This document shows positions 22,101 to 36,099 of a DNA stretch of 64,000 nt, one piece after another. The position numbers and the translations under genes are program-made. The first letter of the stretch is position 1; each line of letters opens with the position of its first letter. Source of the stretch: Schmidtea polychroa (lineage: Eukaryota); the NCBI GenBank assembly GCA_044892525.1, contig CM097885.1:51462001-51526000 (forward strand), in the 5' to 3' direction. The notes beneath the pieces are model-generated. The model made no database searches. It saw only the letters and a program-made list of their open reading frames with translations, and was not told the origin of the DNA.

Positions 22101-23637
22101 TTAAAATATATGCGTCAAGCGCAGTGTATATTTTAAAATGCTGTCTTGAACTTCATAAGTTGCTCACTTTATGAGATATTGTATATTATATTAATGTTTA
22201 TATTACTCCATTAATGTGTGACTCGATGTGTAGGCATGATAAATGTATAAGACGTCGTTATACGAATTCTCCCAGTGTGGTTAGTCACAGGAAGCCATTT
22301 ATTTACTCGATGACTTATTTATAGTCGAAACTTGTAATAAAACTGTCAATTACTTTCAACAAGCTTTTTCGATAACTATTATCAATATTTTTAAAAAAAT
22401 TCAAATTAAATCTAAAATTCTAATCAAAGGAAATTTTTAAATTTAAGTAAAATGAAACAAAAAGCAAAAGGATTTTAAAAATTTTATTTTTTATATTTAT
22501 TTTTAAATTGAAAATTTAGCCAAATGCAAACGTTTTTTTATTCAAAAAAGCTATGTTATCTGTTGTATAATCAAAGAAAATAATTTTCTATCCAATTACT
22601 GGTAAAAAAATAATTTCTAACATTAGCATATTCATTCATTTTTTTATTAAAATCACTTATATAAAAAACTACCTAAATTTCTACAATCACTTCAATTAAC
22701 ATTTTATTATTTCATCTCTTAAAACGCTATATTTTATAATAAACTTAATCATAACATGTCAGATTTAAATTGATGGCACTTTCAAAGATTTAGGAACTTT
22801 TTAAAGACTAATAGAAAATGCCATTTAGCAAACAGAAAATAATTAAAAGTTATCAGTCGAGACGTTGAAATGCGAATAATGTTTTGAAGCCTTTATTCCG
22901 AAGATCGAATTAATAAAATTTTGAAATTATAAATAGAAGTTTATTTAATATATTGAAAATTGAAAATATTATCCAATCAAACTCATTTATAAATTCCGAC
23001 CAATTAGCTATTTAGATTTGTTTGTTATAATTTATAAATAACGGGCGATTTTGGAAGTATTTTAAAGCTTTGAAAAGACATGCACACGCAACAATACCAA
23101 GTTGAATTAAAAACCTGTTAGCTCAAAGAAAAATAAAAATAAATAAAAGACAAAATTGGTCGTATTTACATACGAAAGACCATGTTAAAATTAATAATGG
23201 AGGTTAAGGCTCCTTATTTACACATGAAAGACCTATTATCAAATTATCAAATCCATAGATAAAGGATAGAAAACAATTAAATAAAAATTATGAAAAATTT
23301 TCCATAAAAATAATAGAAAGATTGATGAATTAAATTAGAATAAAAGAAATTTAATAAATTATCTAATTGTTTAAAACAACTAAAATAATATTCGATAACA
23401 ACCAACGCGACAAAGTGACGAAAAACACGTTTTATGTTATCGTGATGAAATAAAAATAAAAAAATTTAATTTTACCTGAATAAAAAAGCAGGAGTGTAAT
23501 GTCATCCTGGAAATTGATTCAATTAATTATTACTTTCACAGAGTTTCAAGAAATGTTTGGGTGGGAAACAATAAGTATAAATAGACCCTGAAAAGTTCTT
23601 CTAGCTACTCAAAAACTCCAAAACCAGTACCCAAGAT

Positions 23638-24084
23638 CAAAGCCGTAACAAGGGTGGTGCAAGCGGTGCAATCGCACAGGGCACACATCTGAAAGGTGCG
23701 CAAAATTGGAATGTAACATTTCTTTAATGTTACCAAAAAATAACAAAATATAAATAAAAGAAATTATCAAATGGCCTGCACGAAAAAAACGACACACTAA
23801 CTAGCCTATCTTTAAGATTGCTGATTGGACTGGTCCATTAGCGTGCCTTCGTAGGTCTGTATTTTGAAAAATGTTAGTCCACAAAATGGGCTTCTGTCAT
23901 TTTGTCAATTAACAACAGAATTTTAAGAGCATTACTACCTATTATAATAGCTGGAGATGAATACATAGTTAACAATCTCAACATGAATATTATAATTATT
24001 ATAGTAGGCTGATTTGAATTCGGGATTTAGAGGCGCCAGATATATGAACCGCACAGGGCGCAATAATGCCTTGTTACGGCCCTG
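23638..24084. mobile_element. hAT-type MITE
   Basis: TIR CAAAGCCGTAACAAGG / CCTTGTTACGGCCCTG; 8-bp TSD CCCAAGAT/CCCTAGAT (1 mismatch). Confidence 0.8.
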
Positions 24085-27000
24085 CCCTAGATTTGCAGCT
24101 TAGTAAGGCACTAATAGTTGACGTGTGAGAATTTGGTTCAACTATGTATGCTCCAACTACTGAATCCAAATCCGGAATTCAAGGCATTGAATTCCGAATT
24201 TTTCGGATTTTACTTCGCTTTTCTTTAGAAATAAGTTGGCAAACTATTTCATGCGGTGCTGCCTCAACATTTATTATTTGCTTATAAACTATTAGCAATT
24301 TGCTATGAAATATATAATTTCCACTTAATATTTTATTGCTACTTATTTATAATTTATAAATTATAATTTTGAATTTTTTTTAATTGATATTTTCTATTTG
24401 ATTTTTTATCTTATATTAATTTTTCAATACGTATTTACTTAATTCGAAAGGTGCTTTGATTTGAAATCCGAATTTAATTTTTGTTGGTAAGAGAATATAA
24501 GTTTTTTGTATTAAATGTTAAATGTTCGGAAACTTATTGGATTTTTGGTACCCTAAAGATAGCGGATGAACCAATTGATATTTTTGTAACTGTCTCCCGA
24601 AGAATAACCAATCAAATTCAGTGTGGGAATATTTTTTACGAGGAAGGACCAAACATATTGCTAGATGTATTCAATGTGATCTAGTGTTAAAAATACCAGG
24701 AGGATGTACAACCTCTATGCACCCACACCTTCGTAGTAAACATAACGTGGTTTTGACAAAGTGAAATTTCTGAAACAACAAGTGAGGCCAACAAAAGTTC
24801 AATGTTTTAAACTAAAAAGAGAAATACAATCAGTAAGTTTTTCATTCCTGAAAAAGATGAATCTTTGTTGGAAATAATAGTTTGAATATTCGCTTTAGAT
24901 GGACTCTGTTTCGTGTCTTTTTTTAGTTCAAATGACCTAAGGAAATGTTTACGTATGCGAGGATTAGATGACATCCAGAAATTAGCGACATACATTCAAA
25001 AATTTGTAATCAATTATGGTGAACAAATTCAATATTTACATAATGGAAGAAAAACAACAATAAATTAAAGCATCTGACGTAAATCAAAGACAAAAATAAT
25101 TAAATTAATTTGATCCCTAACTAAGTGGAATAACAGTGAAGTGAATCCTAAAAATGATTTGAGTTCGGCGACTCAGATACTATTGAAGAAGTAACCAGAA
25201 ATTCAACTGGATCGGAATCGTTAGAAAACATTCTGCAAGATAAAATAGATCACCGCTCTCTGAACCCAGAAAGGTTCTAAAAAAGAAATCTCTACAATCT
25301 ACTATTCGATCAGAGATCAAATTTTGTGATGAAGAGGCATCATGTGGACCATTTTTGGAAAAAATATTCAACAGCCTAATAATAAACATTCCGAAATTAA
25401 GATTTTCCTGAATCCGAAAATCCGGAACCAGATTTTTACCAAAAAATGGATTCACTAGCTCCAACATTAGGTAAGGTATTTTATCTGTGTAATGGTAACA
25501 TATTTTCTTTTGTCTTCCTTTTTGTTTTGTTTAGTAACAATGATTTTCGCACATATCTAGAATGTGAAACCAACGTGAAACCAACAACAAATTAATGATC
25601 CCCGTTATGAATAGAAAATGATAGCGAAGACATAAATCCTTCAATCGGTATTCAGAAACCCTTAACCGAGAATGGAATGGAAAGTAGTCTTGATAACGGT
25701 GCTCACCCATTAATTTATTCTTAACCACCTTTTACATTTTGAATATGGTTGCTAATGGCAGTATGGTATAATGACCGGAAGACAGTAAGATCATTGGTGT
25801 TTCAGGATCAGGGTTACTGAGGCCATTGAAACAAAATAAAAAATATTATAAAAATATATTACAGTTCGAGCATAAAAAGCATTATATAAAAAGAAATTAA
25901 AAAAGTTTAAGCATTACAAGTAAATTTTGTTTATTATTTAATTTTTTAATTTTAATTTTCTTTTAACAAACAGTTTGTCTAAAAAGGTTTGGTCAATAAC
26001 TTTGATGTTTGTTTTTACTCAATTACGTATTTTTCAAAAAATAATTATTCAAAATATTTTTATTTCTAATTGCTGGAAAAAAAGAAACCAATTCTCAGGG
26101 TCTGTGTATAGTAAAATTAAAATTAAAAATCAATACTACTAATTTTTAAAAATTTTTTTTAATTTGCTTGATACAAAAGAGTCATCATTTCAAATATATT
26201 TATTAATAAGGCAATTTTTCTAGAAGGGAGGACAAAAACTGTGTACTCGGCGAGGCAAACCTAAGGAACAAATTTGAATATGATGGACATTTGAGAGTCC
26301 GAAAAATATATATTTGTGAAAATTTTATGTCTCAACAGCTGTGATATGTAAGATTTATATCGAAAATTACTACTAAGGACACGCTTTATCAAATTTCTAT
26401 TTTTCCATAGCAGTTACTTATTTAAACAAACTTAATTATTCATTTTTACAATCACCCGTGATTCTTACGAATCTTCATTTCCATATCTTATATCCATTAT
26501 ATAACGTGACTTAGCTACCATTCGTAATCTACGAGGACTTTATGAAGAGACATGTATCTTCATGATCTTCCTTCTGATCCACGGTTGAATGCTAGAAGGT
26601 TTCACCCAAATTTCATTATCTATCTGAAATTTGTTATCTACACTTTAAGTTATATTTTCTTTTTTTAAATTCAAATCTTGTCTCGTATGCATATACGAAA
26701 GTAGCAGGCGATTTGGAAAAGCCGTTTACTAAAGTATTGTTGTACCAGTAGATTTCTTCCTGAATTTGACATTGTGATCACGTGACAGTTACTTTTATCG
26801 TTTTTTACTTTTTTCAATACTATTTTTTTCTACTGCTTTGTTTGCGCATCTATATGTCATTTTTTCATCAATGATAGAAATTATTGTGATTTAGAAGATA
26901 AATAATTATGCAACAAAATCTCCTCTCTGTAAAAAAACTCTTGTTCATGCGGTTTGTGTATTTCATCTGCACTTTCATTTTGTTGGAGTTATACAAAATA

Positions 27001-28062
27001 TGAATAAATAAAATAGAAAATTACAAATTATCAAAATCAATTAAAAATTAATTACAAATCGAAAAAACTAAAAATCAATATTTCTCGAGGGGCAGGGGAC
27101 GTGGCAAATGAAATTTTGAAAACGTATAAAATAATTTTAAATCGATAAAAGATTCTTAGAAAGGTCAGAAACAGAAAAAAAACAAATTAAATAATTAGTT
27201 AATTAATTATCTTAGGTAAGCCCATAAATCATGAAGAATCTCAGGTAAATCAGTTTAATGGGCAATAAAATTAATCGGGCAAAATAAACCCAATATTGTA
27301 TTGGCATCTCAAAAAACGCCAAAAAAAAGGACGCCAAACTAAATAGTCCATAAATTGTTTAATTTTAGATAAACCCAGTAATTGATGAGCAGCAATTTGG
27401 ACATTGTGGGATTAACTGCAAAATAGATGTGGGGAAATTTTGGATAAATACCAAAAGTAAGCAAAGAAATTAAAGCGTATTGTGTTTTGAGTTTATAGTG
27501 ATATCCATCGGGTGTCTACCCTGTGAATAATTAAATTGAGTGTATTTAGTGTTGTTTGAAATAAAGTTATTTTTTTGGGATTCAAGGTCGATTTTCTTAA
27601 TTATCGAACACAAGGAGTCAGATCTAGAACTAATTCTTATCGACAAAACATCAATATCCCAACAATTTTTTATTTTTCTCTAGATCGCCAAACGAGAAGA
27701 ACCACAACCAATAATTTTCAAAGGTTTTCTCTGATTAACAATTCAGTAAAAAATCCAATATTTTGCAGTTCGTTTTAAAATGGAAGTCAATCATTAAATG
27801 ATTGAAGACAAAGAGAAATTATTGAACATATTCACTGATAATTTGGACAGTCAAAATAGTACCAAAGCCGTAAAGTATTGAAAACCAAAATCAAAATAAA
27901 ACGTTAAACATCAAGAAACATTCAACTGAACCAAGATCAGCAGCAAGTTAAAATAAGAAAAGGACGAATTATTTCAGAAAGCTTATGAATGTAAGCACAG
28001 ATATAACTTACTTTTGGATCATCAAAATGAAAGATCAGTGAATGGTCTGGTAAATAATATGA

Positions 28063-28980
28063 GTGGCAGTTGCTAAAAGATGTTATCTATGCATGTTTTG
28101 TCGATGCCAACTATTTCTTTACCTTGAATATGACGAGTGGATTTATCAAATCCCATTAAAACCATCAGACTTATCAAAAATAGCTTTAAGTAAGAAATTT
28201 AGTCAGTTTGAATTCACAATAATGCCTTTGGGACTATATGGTGCACCGGCTAGTATTCCCAATATGATTATTTTACATAAAGAAACTAGGATGCTATGTG
28301 CAATTTATTCCGACGATGTTTCAGTGTTTGGTCAAATGATAGAAGAACACAATATAAGATTATATAATGTATTTATTAAAAAGAGAGTTTGAAGACTATA
28401 AATCAGTAATATATCGATGTTTGTTGATACTCACAAATTTTGAAAATTCACTTGAAAAAGGCAGTGCCGAAAATTCGTGAGTATCAACAAACATCGATAT
28501 ATTATTGATTTATAGTCTTCAAGTTCTCTTTTTAATAAATTCAATGGAAAAAATAATCAGTGATGAAATTGGAAGAAATAAAAGTTCTTATAATACATAA
28601 TGTATATTTAAAAATTAAAAAGTTAAAGCAAAAGTCTGAAAAAAATAACTTTTTGTAGAAAAAAAAACTTTAGTGCAGAAAGCATTAAGGTCTACCCTAA
28701 GAAAACCAGCGTTATTCAAAATATTGAGTAACCGAAAATTGTAAAGGAGTTACAAACATTTTTAGGAATGTGTACTTTTTATTGATAATTCATTAAAAAT
28801 TAATCCGAAACTTTCCGAGCTCTTGCGTTGCATGTTATGGAAAGAGAATACATTCACTTGGGATCTAGCAAAAGAAAGAGTTTTTTTGGAATAAAAAATC
28901 CCACAAAGAAAAATCTAATAGACATTGGAAAGTTTATACTGAAAACTGATGGTTCATATGATTGCATCAGAGACTCAGGA
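28063..28980 (+). pseudogene. Decayed gypsy RT/RNase H fragment split by a hairpin element
   Basis: YQIPL..FEFTIMPLGLYGAPAS..IYSDDV, resuming after the insert with KELQTFLGMC and FILKTDGS. Confidence 0.75.
28372..28578 (+). mobile_element. Fold-back element family B with central hammerhead-like motif
   Basis: ~60-bp arms (AAAAGAGAG.TTGAAGACTATAAATCAGTAATATATCGATGTTTGTTGATACTCAC) around TCAC-TTGAAAA-AGGCAGTGCC-GAAA-AT-TC-GTGA. Further copies at ~35562 and ~58892, partial copies at ~34250 and ~56945. Confidence 0.8.
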
Positions 28981-29960
28981 CGTTACAATAAAAAAAAATT
29001 ATTTTTCATACGGCTCACTTAGAAATAATTTTTTCCTGGTGTCACACCAATGATAAAAATATTTTAAAAAATATAATAATTCTCAATTTGGGTAATTAAA
29101 TTTTTTAGTTATTTATTTTTTATTCAAATATTCTTGCAAAGATTTCAATGAGAAATATTATGAAGAACTAATATGCTATTGAAGATGAAAATGTGTTACA
29201 TGTGGTTAATGAGAGGCACGGGCTTGTTTTGAAGAGTCAATTGTTGATATAAACGTAACGCTTCATTGATTACCTGCAATCTTTCATGCTTTTTGGATTT
29301 CGTCTCTGTAAGTGCCGAAAATTAGAGTTCACTCAAATATGAAGAACCATAAAACTTAATTGTTTTACTACTTAATTGTGAAGTGAAAATCAAGATGTTC
29401 ACAATTCATTTTCACTGAAAAATGCTTTTAGTACCAAATAATTTTAAATTTCAATAAGATTTTCCATATCCAACCTTATAAGGTCGATCTCATCAAAATT
29501 GATAAAGGGATCAGTTTACTTCATACTGTGATTGAGAATACTCATTGAAAGATTTTAAATGATTTTCAATAGCCTTTTTAAGTTCTGGCAAAAGTTTTAA
29601 CTTTTGTTGGCATTCGTTAATTCCAGAAAAACAATTCAATTAGTTTTTTTTCGCTTTAATAAAAATTCGATTCCATAAACTCGCAAAATAATGAAAATAT
29701 TCTCAAACTTAAAGAACCCGATCTAATAAAATTGACAACTTTAAATACGTTATTCATAGTTATTGGGCATTTTCTGACAACGAGTATGAAACCAACACTC
29801 CACAGTACACAATTTTAACCTTAGGACTTTTTTGATATACAATAGCAATACATCCTTTTCTTGTGATCTCGCATGGAGGGGAGTATAATCAACGCAGATG
29901 CTAATACAGTTTTTTTCATTTTACTTCTCTCAATTTCAATATTCTCATTGACCAAGTTAA

Positions 29961-30189
29961 CCCTTTCCTATCTTGTGTCTATAAAAATATGACAAAAATA
30001 AATTAACCATTCTATCCTATGTCTGTAAAAAATGACATTATTTTTGAATAGTTTTTTTTGAATGATATACAAGATGCACAGTTGAGCACTGACGATGATG
30101 ACGATAATTCTTGTGAAGAAGAAGACGATGATAAAATTTTATTAGGATTGGAACGGCGGGACACATAAAATAAAGAAGATAGGAAAGGA
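29961..30189. mobile_element. piggyBac-type deletion derivative/MITE
   Basis: TIR CCCTTTCCTATCTT / AAGATAGGAAAGGA with TTAA on both sides; internal acidic coding relic (DDDDDNSCEEEDDD). Confidence 0.75.
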
Positions 30190-30459
30190 TTAAAACTATC
30201 CTCTCCTAACTCTCGCTTTTTCAGTTCACAACAAAAAAGAATTGTGTAATAATCTTTTCATCACGTATCATTATTAAAAAATTATTTAAATATTGAAAAA
30301 AAACAATAATTTATAGTCGAAATCTAAAAGCTATTGCAGTTGTTCGGTGATTATTAAGCTGAAAATCACTAATTTGACTCCGAAGGTGTTATTTAATAAC
30401 GAAAATGACAAATCCCAAAAACTTAAACTTTATTGATATCACAATTGATTACAACGAAT

Positions 30460-30979
30460 TCAACTATAACAATTTTCTCTCATTTTGTCCTAAATTTTTT
30501 CTCGTAGCAATTTTCGCTCGTCACAATTTTTCTCTTATTCTGTTAATTTGTATTCAGTTTTTATATTTTTTATCTGATTGATAATTCATTCTTTTTTTTC
30601 ACTTGTTCCATTGGCATTCCGTAATTTCTGACAGCTGTCGAGATATATGTATTTTTTTACAATCCAATTTCTCGGATTTCCCATGCCTTTTACCCTTTCT
30701 GTCTCAAGTAGGCATCGAAATAACAAAATAATCTAAATTTTGTTTTGCTTTCTTTTTCGCTTCTTTAGCCCTTGTACTTATTAATTAAGAATAACCTTTT
30801 TTTATTTAATTGTATGTTTTTATTGATTTTCTTCTGTTCCCTTCTCATTTTCAACATATCTCTTCCACTCTTGTTTTACTGAGTTCAGGAAGAATGCCCC
30901 ATTCTTTCATCATCATTTCCTCTAATCATTTTATACCTTTAATGATTATTTTTATTTTGTAATTTAGGTATCCTCAACA
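30460..30979 (-). repeat. Truncated copy of the TGTTGAGGATACCTAAAT LTR-like family
   Basis: Ends ATTTAGGTATCCTCAACA; contains GACAGCTGTCGAGATAT shared with the other copies; left boundary approximate. Confidence 0.6.
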
Positions 30980-31018
30980 TAATTTAATAAAAAACTAGAA
31001 TAACAATGTCATTAATAG

Positions 31019-31421
31019 CAGGGCTGGCCTTGAGTTTTGCGGAGCTTCGAAAAAATATTATATTCCAAAAAGGAAGAAATGATAGATGAACATCTTTTTA
31101 TCAATTTATTTAATGAAATATTTATTTCTTCAATGTATTCAATAATATACATACATAAACATAATATTTTTTATTCTTATTTTGTAGAACCGTCGTTTAC
31201 TGCTAATTCCTCGATAATATCATCAAAATTTATCCGTTTTGTTACCTCCTGCTCCATTGATAATACGTTAATGCTGGGAAAAACCTATGTTAACATCAGA
31301 CTTGTAAAAACCGTTGGATTTGTTGTCAAAAACTTGTCCTAGCGAATAATAATTGTTAGAAATATGAAAGCGCGGGGCCTCGCGAAAAATCCCCGAAGTC
31401 CCGACCTCTGAGCCGGCTCTG
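31019..31421 (-). mobile_element. Non-autonomous hAT with transposase dimerisation-domain relic
   Basis: Perfect 8-bp TSD ATTAATAG, imperfect CAG..CTG TIRs, and minus-strand VLSMEQEVTKRINFDDIIEELA. Confidence 0.85.
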
Positions 31422-33009
31422 ATTAATAGTTAATACTATATTTAATACAAACACAAAATTTAAAGACAATTTCATATATGGTAAACACATAATGGTATTT
31501 AAGAATCTTCTGGGAATCCTAATAAGTATTGTCAAAAAAATTGGAATTTCTTTGGTTTCTTTATCTTTATGGCAAACATTTTCAATAAATTTTACATCAT
31601 AACGTTAAAATGATGTAATATTTATCTTAATAATAAACAGCATAACCAGTGATGAGCTGAAAGATTTTGAACAAACGGCTTGCATAAGGTGATATTCTCT
31701 TCTAAGAATGTCCAAAAAACACAGTGACACTTTTGTGGTCTGTGATGCAAATTTTTAGTAGTGCAAGCGCTATTAAATAATAATTCTTTATTACTTATTA
31801 TATTTTGAGGCTAATGAATATTGATGCCTAAAGTAATAAAAAATTATTTGAATAAGTTTAACAGTCGGATTGTAAATTCATAAAATTATTTACAACCGGA
31901 TACTGCAAGCCAAACCGAGCCAACTTCAGCTGATCATTGACTACGACTATAACATTTTTAGTATATTTGATACCTGACCTATATTTTATTAATATTTTAT
32001 TTTTATTTAAAATCAATATCTGCAATCGCTTAACAGTAGTAAATTTAAAGTTTAAAACATACAGTTTTCAAAATACAAAACCTACAAAATTAAGTTAAAA
32101 TGTAAATTTCGATAATAACACACCAAATAAAATAATAAAATATTCTAATTTTAGAAAAAAAATATATTGATTATTTAAGGACTTTGAAATTTTTTTAAAG
32201 ATAAATAATGAAAAACAAAATAAATGAAAATTAAAAAATTCAATGATACTTTAAATATTTCATCACAACGAAATATCGTGGAGGTATTTGAAGAAATGTA
32301 ACACGATTATTAATAAATAAAGGTTTTCTTGACAAACAACTGAAACAAATAAAAGTTAATAGAACATAATTATTTATTTTATTATCAAAATAACAACAAA
32401 TATAAATATATATATATATAACTCACAGTTTAGAGATACATCAAAGACATAGGAACGTCATCAAATGAAAACCTACAACAATTCATAAACAAGACAAAAT
32501 ATGGTTTTTCACATAAATTAAAACAAATATGGAAAACAATAGAAAAACTTACTTCCAAATTCAACTGACTCATTCTATGAATAATTGAAAAATTTTCGAA
32601 CCCGAATTTTGTCAATATGGAAATTTCAAAACAATTTTATTCAATTTAGTAATAGGCCTAAAAATTAATTAGAAATAAAATGATGAACTAATAAATTTTT
32701 GTTTTAATATTTGTCGATTTATATCGATGCCAATGGTGATTTAATTAAAATTTTCTCAAACCGGATCCATATGGTTTTTGGATCACCCCAGTCAATGTCG
32801 AGGAATTATCTGAGGAGTTATTTTTTGTTTTTCTGATAAATGTTATTTGAGAAAATTCCTCATTATGTGAAATGAATCTAGGCTGCCATTATTTTTAATA
32901 TTTATTTTATGATATTATATTCGTGTTTCCAATGAAGATGATTAACTAAAGATTTTATTTTAATTTTATATTAATTTTTAATCTGATGCAAGATGAATTA
33001 TATCATTAA

Positions 33010-33182
33010 CCACTTAACGTACGTTCCCGTGACATAGACATGTGAACACGCTACTTCAAGACGTGGGCGAGTTCTAATATTTGCATAGACACCTGTACTA
33101 AATACGTTTTCTATTACAAAATAAATGTCGCAGTTACGAGTCACAGAAAAATATTATGAAATTAAATATGTACATTAAGTGG
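33010..33182. mobile_element. piggyBac-type MITE
   Basis: TIR CCACTTAA(C/T)GTAC flanked by TTAA on both sides. Confidence 0.8.
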
Positions 33183-34479
33183 TTAATTACATGCAACAAT
33201 TTAATGGCGGACTCAACTTAGCCTGAGCTCTATAAATTAAATTTTAATTACATTTTTAGCTAGTGACGACAAGATGACAGTGGTGATATATCATTGTATT
33301 CTTGATGCATTTGGAAAGACCTTCAGCTAGATCATCAATTGTTCGTCAACTAAATTCGGAACCATTAATGGCCATATTATTCTTCAAATTTCAGTGTTAT
33401 CAAAAATTGTTTTGTAAAAAAAGGTTAATAGAATAAAAAATAGAAAAATTAATATATCAGGAAAAATGGTGAAAGCTTGTTTCGACTGTAAGTAGGAGGG
33501 CTTATCAAATAATTTTAATACAACGTATAAATGTAAAACACAAAAATAATCAAATTAATAAATTGAAAAACTGTTTAAATTATTAATCATTAAGATTCGA
33601 AAAATAAAAGTCATTGTTTGTCAAGAGATTTGAGGGTATTAAAAAATTAATTGGGAAGTGGTAGAGATAACCTGATAGAACTAAAATAATTTATTCGTTT
33701 TCAAAATTTCGTCAAACAAAATGGAACATGACTGCAATAGCTGTCAAAAATGAAAAGGTCATTTCCAGACAATGCTGCTATAGTTGTCTAAATGTACGTA
33801 TACCAACATAGGGCTAGAAGCATTGTGTCACATCTGCAACAGTTTATTTTCGGTTAGGTTTATTTACCACTTGTTATTACCACCTGTTGCCACAGTATGC
33901 ACAACATCATCCTTCGCACTAAGGACAAAATATGTAAAACAAAGTTTACTTCATTTACTAAGGTTTTAAATAAGAAGATAATGGATATTTTTTTAATTAC
34001 TTATGTCTTTATTATATAATTATTTTGCATTTTTTGTGTATGAAATAAACAAACAAATAAATTGATTTTTATTAAAAAATCCAATTTGTTTTGTAAATAA
34101 ATGGGTATTTTTCATAATGTGAGTTGCGAAAAATTTTAAAATCTCGTACCGAGCCGCGGTCAAAAAAGTTTCGGAAACGCTGTTATAGAGATACAATTTA
34201 ATAAAAAATACAATTTATACATTACATTCAAATATTATAAGAACTTTTTTTCCAATTTCACCACTGATTATTTTTTCCATTGAATTTATTAAAAAGAGAG
34301 CTTGAAGACTATAAATCAGTAATATATCGATGTTTTTTGAACATCATTACTTATTAATAGTCTCCAAGGTCTTTTTTTAATAAAAACATTCAAATAATTA
34401 ATTATTTTTATTTTCTAGGACTACCCAACTTTTACCAGTGATTACAATGCAAAAATGTCAACGTTTCAACCGTTCCGTG

Positions 34480-35520
34480 TTTAAACCACTTTGAATATAT
34501 CATCTACGAATATCAATTCAGTGAAAAGTATTGATTCTTTGATTGTGCTTCTTAAAAATGGATATTCTAAATCTTTTCTTGAGCGCATGATAAAAAAGAA
34601 CGTTGATAAATGGATGTTGAATACTCATAACCCTTGCACAGGTTTATCTGAAATTAATTTTTGACGGTGAAGTTAATGTGTTGTCAAGTTCAGAAGGTGA
34701 AAAAATCAGACCTAAGCACACTGATCAAAAATATGTGTTGGTATTACCTTATTTTGAAGGTTTCAAAGAATTCAAGCATAAGATCCTTAAACATTTAGAT
34801 AAGACTATATTTAGGATTGTATCAAGTTGAAACTTTCAACGTCTTGCAAGGTTGGTAGCATGTTAACTAATAAGTCTCCATCTCCAATGATACATGTTCA
34901 GAACTCATGTATCAATTTTCATGTAATGGATGTAATGCCACATACATTGGAGAGACTTCCCGTCATCTCTGCACTAGAGTTCTTGAACATTGCCGACGGA
35001 ATGGATTGACCTACATTAGTGATCATTTTAGGAAGTGTACCAGTAAAAAAATAAGTATTGCTGATTTTAAGATCTTGGCGAAGAGTTTGAGCAATTACTG
35101 GGAACGAGTAACGTGCGAGGCATTGTTAATTAGATCTTTAAAACTTTAATTAATATTCAAAATGTTCAGTCTACAGGGATTTTGAATGTATTTAAATAAT
35201 TGAACTTGTATATTGAATATTTGGGATGATGTTGTTTGTAAATTTTAATTTTAAGTTTAGATTAATTTTTTATTATTTTATAAAAATTTGTTTTTATATG
35301 ATTAAAAAAATGTTTTTTTTAAAAATTACTTTATGATGAAGTATTAATACGATTATTAATCTGTTTAAATATTATTATTTTCATTTAGTTATGATTAATA
35401 CGATTCCTAGCCTGAAGAAGACGGTTAAACGGTCGAAATATATAGCAATGTTATAATTTAATATACTTAGTTGGCGATTTTCTATTATAAAAACTTTGCC
35501 TTCGTTCTTTCATTATATAT
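34480..35520 (+). mobile_element. 5'-truncated Penelope-like retroelement (GIY-YIG endonuclease remnant plus 3' pseudo-LTR)
   Basis: ORF 34907-35149 YQFSCNGCNATYIGETSRHLCTRVLEH..CEALLI is the Penelope GIY-YIG signature. Upstream are LLKNGYS and LPY relics; downstream is a hammerhead motif. Boundaries approximate. Confidence 0.85.
35407..35446 (+). ncRNA. Minimal type I hammerhead ribozyme motif
   Basis: gc-CTGAAGA-AGAC-GGTTAAACG-GTC-GAAA-TATA-TA-gc: conserved core, stem II and palindromic helix III loop, at the 3' end of the Penelope element. Confidence 0.7.
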
Positions 35521-35561
35521 AAATCTCATTATCCTTCAATTAAAATAATTCAACAATATAT

Positions 35562-35728
35562 TTATTTAAAAGAGCTTGAAGATTATAAATCAATAATATA
35601 TCAATGTTTTTGATTTTCACGAATTTTCGGAACTGCCTTTTTCAAGTGAATTTGATTACATTCAAAAACATCGATATATTACTGATTTATAGTCTTCAAG
35701 CTCTTTTTAATAAATAAAATGGAAAATA
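35562..35728 (-). mobile_element. Fold-back element family B copy
   Basis: Same arms; hammerhead-like core on the minus strand at 35617-35649. Confidence 0.75.
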
Positions 35729-36099
35729 AAATCTACAATAATTTAGAAAAACATTAATTTTGTAATAACATGTAAAATTCAACAATACTTTAATTTTTCT
35801 TCTTTTTTTCAGTGTTTATTTTTTCTAAATATAATTGAAAGCAGTTTGCCTGAATCATCACTCACGTATTCACTCGTGCAAGTGAATCACCGAACATTTA
35901 CCATTTGTTGCATTTTGTTTTACGTTGATTTTTCTCAGAAAATTTTAATTATGAAAAACAAAACAATAAAATACATAGAAAACATGTTTAATAGGTGATA
36001 GTGGAGCATATTCACGGTCTACTTCCAAAATTGGTTCCGAATTTCTTTGCAGAAAGTTGAGTCCATGAGCAAAGAAGAGACAGTTCAGTTACATTATTT

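Noticed and set aside
22300..22340. Hammerhead-like CTCGATGA..GTCGAAAC
   Set aside because: The core does not match CUGANGA and the helices are poor.
24780..25830. Slightly GC-richer patch with a donor-like AG|GTAAGG at ~25471 and short ORFs
   Set aside because: No coherent reading frame or recognisable protein could be assembled.
32750..34480. Possible small host exons
   Set aside because: Acceptor-like sites are present, but frames are stop-ridden and unassignable.
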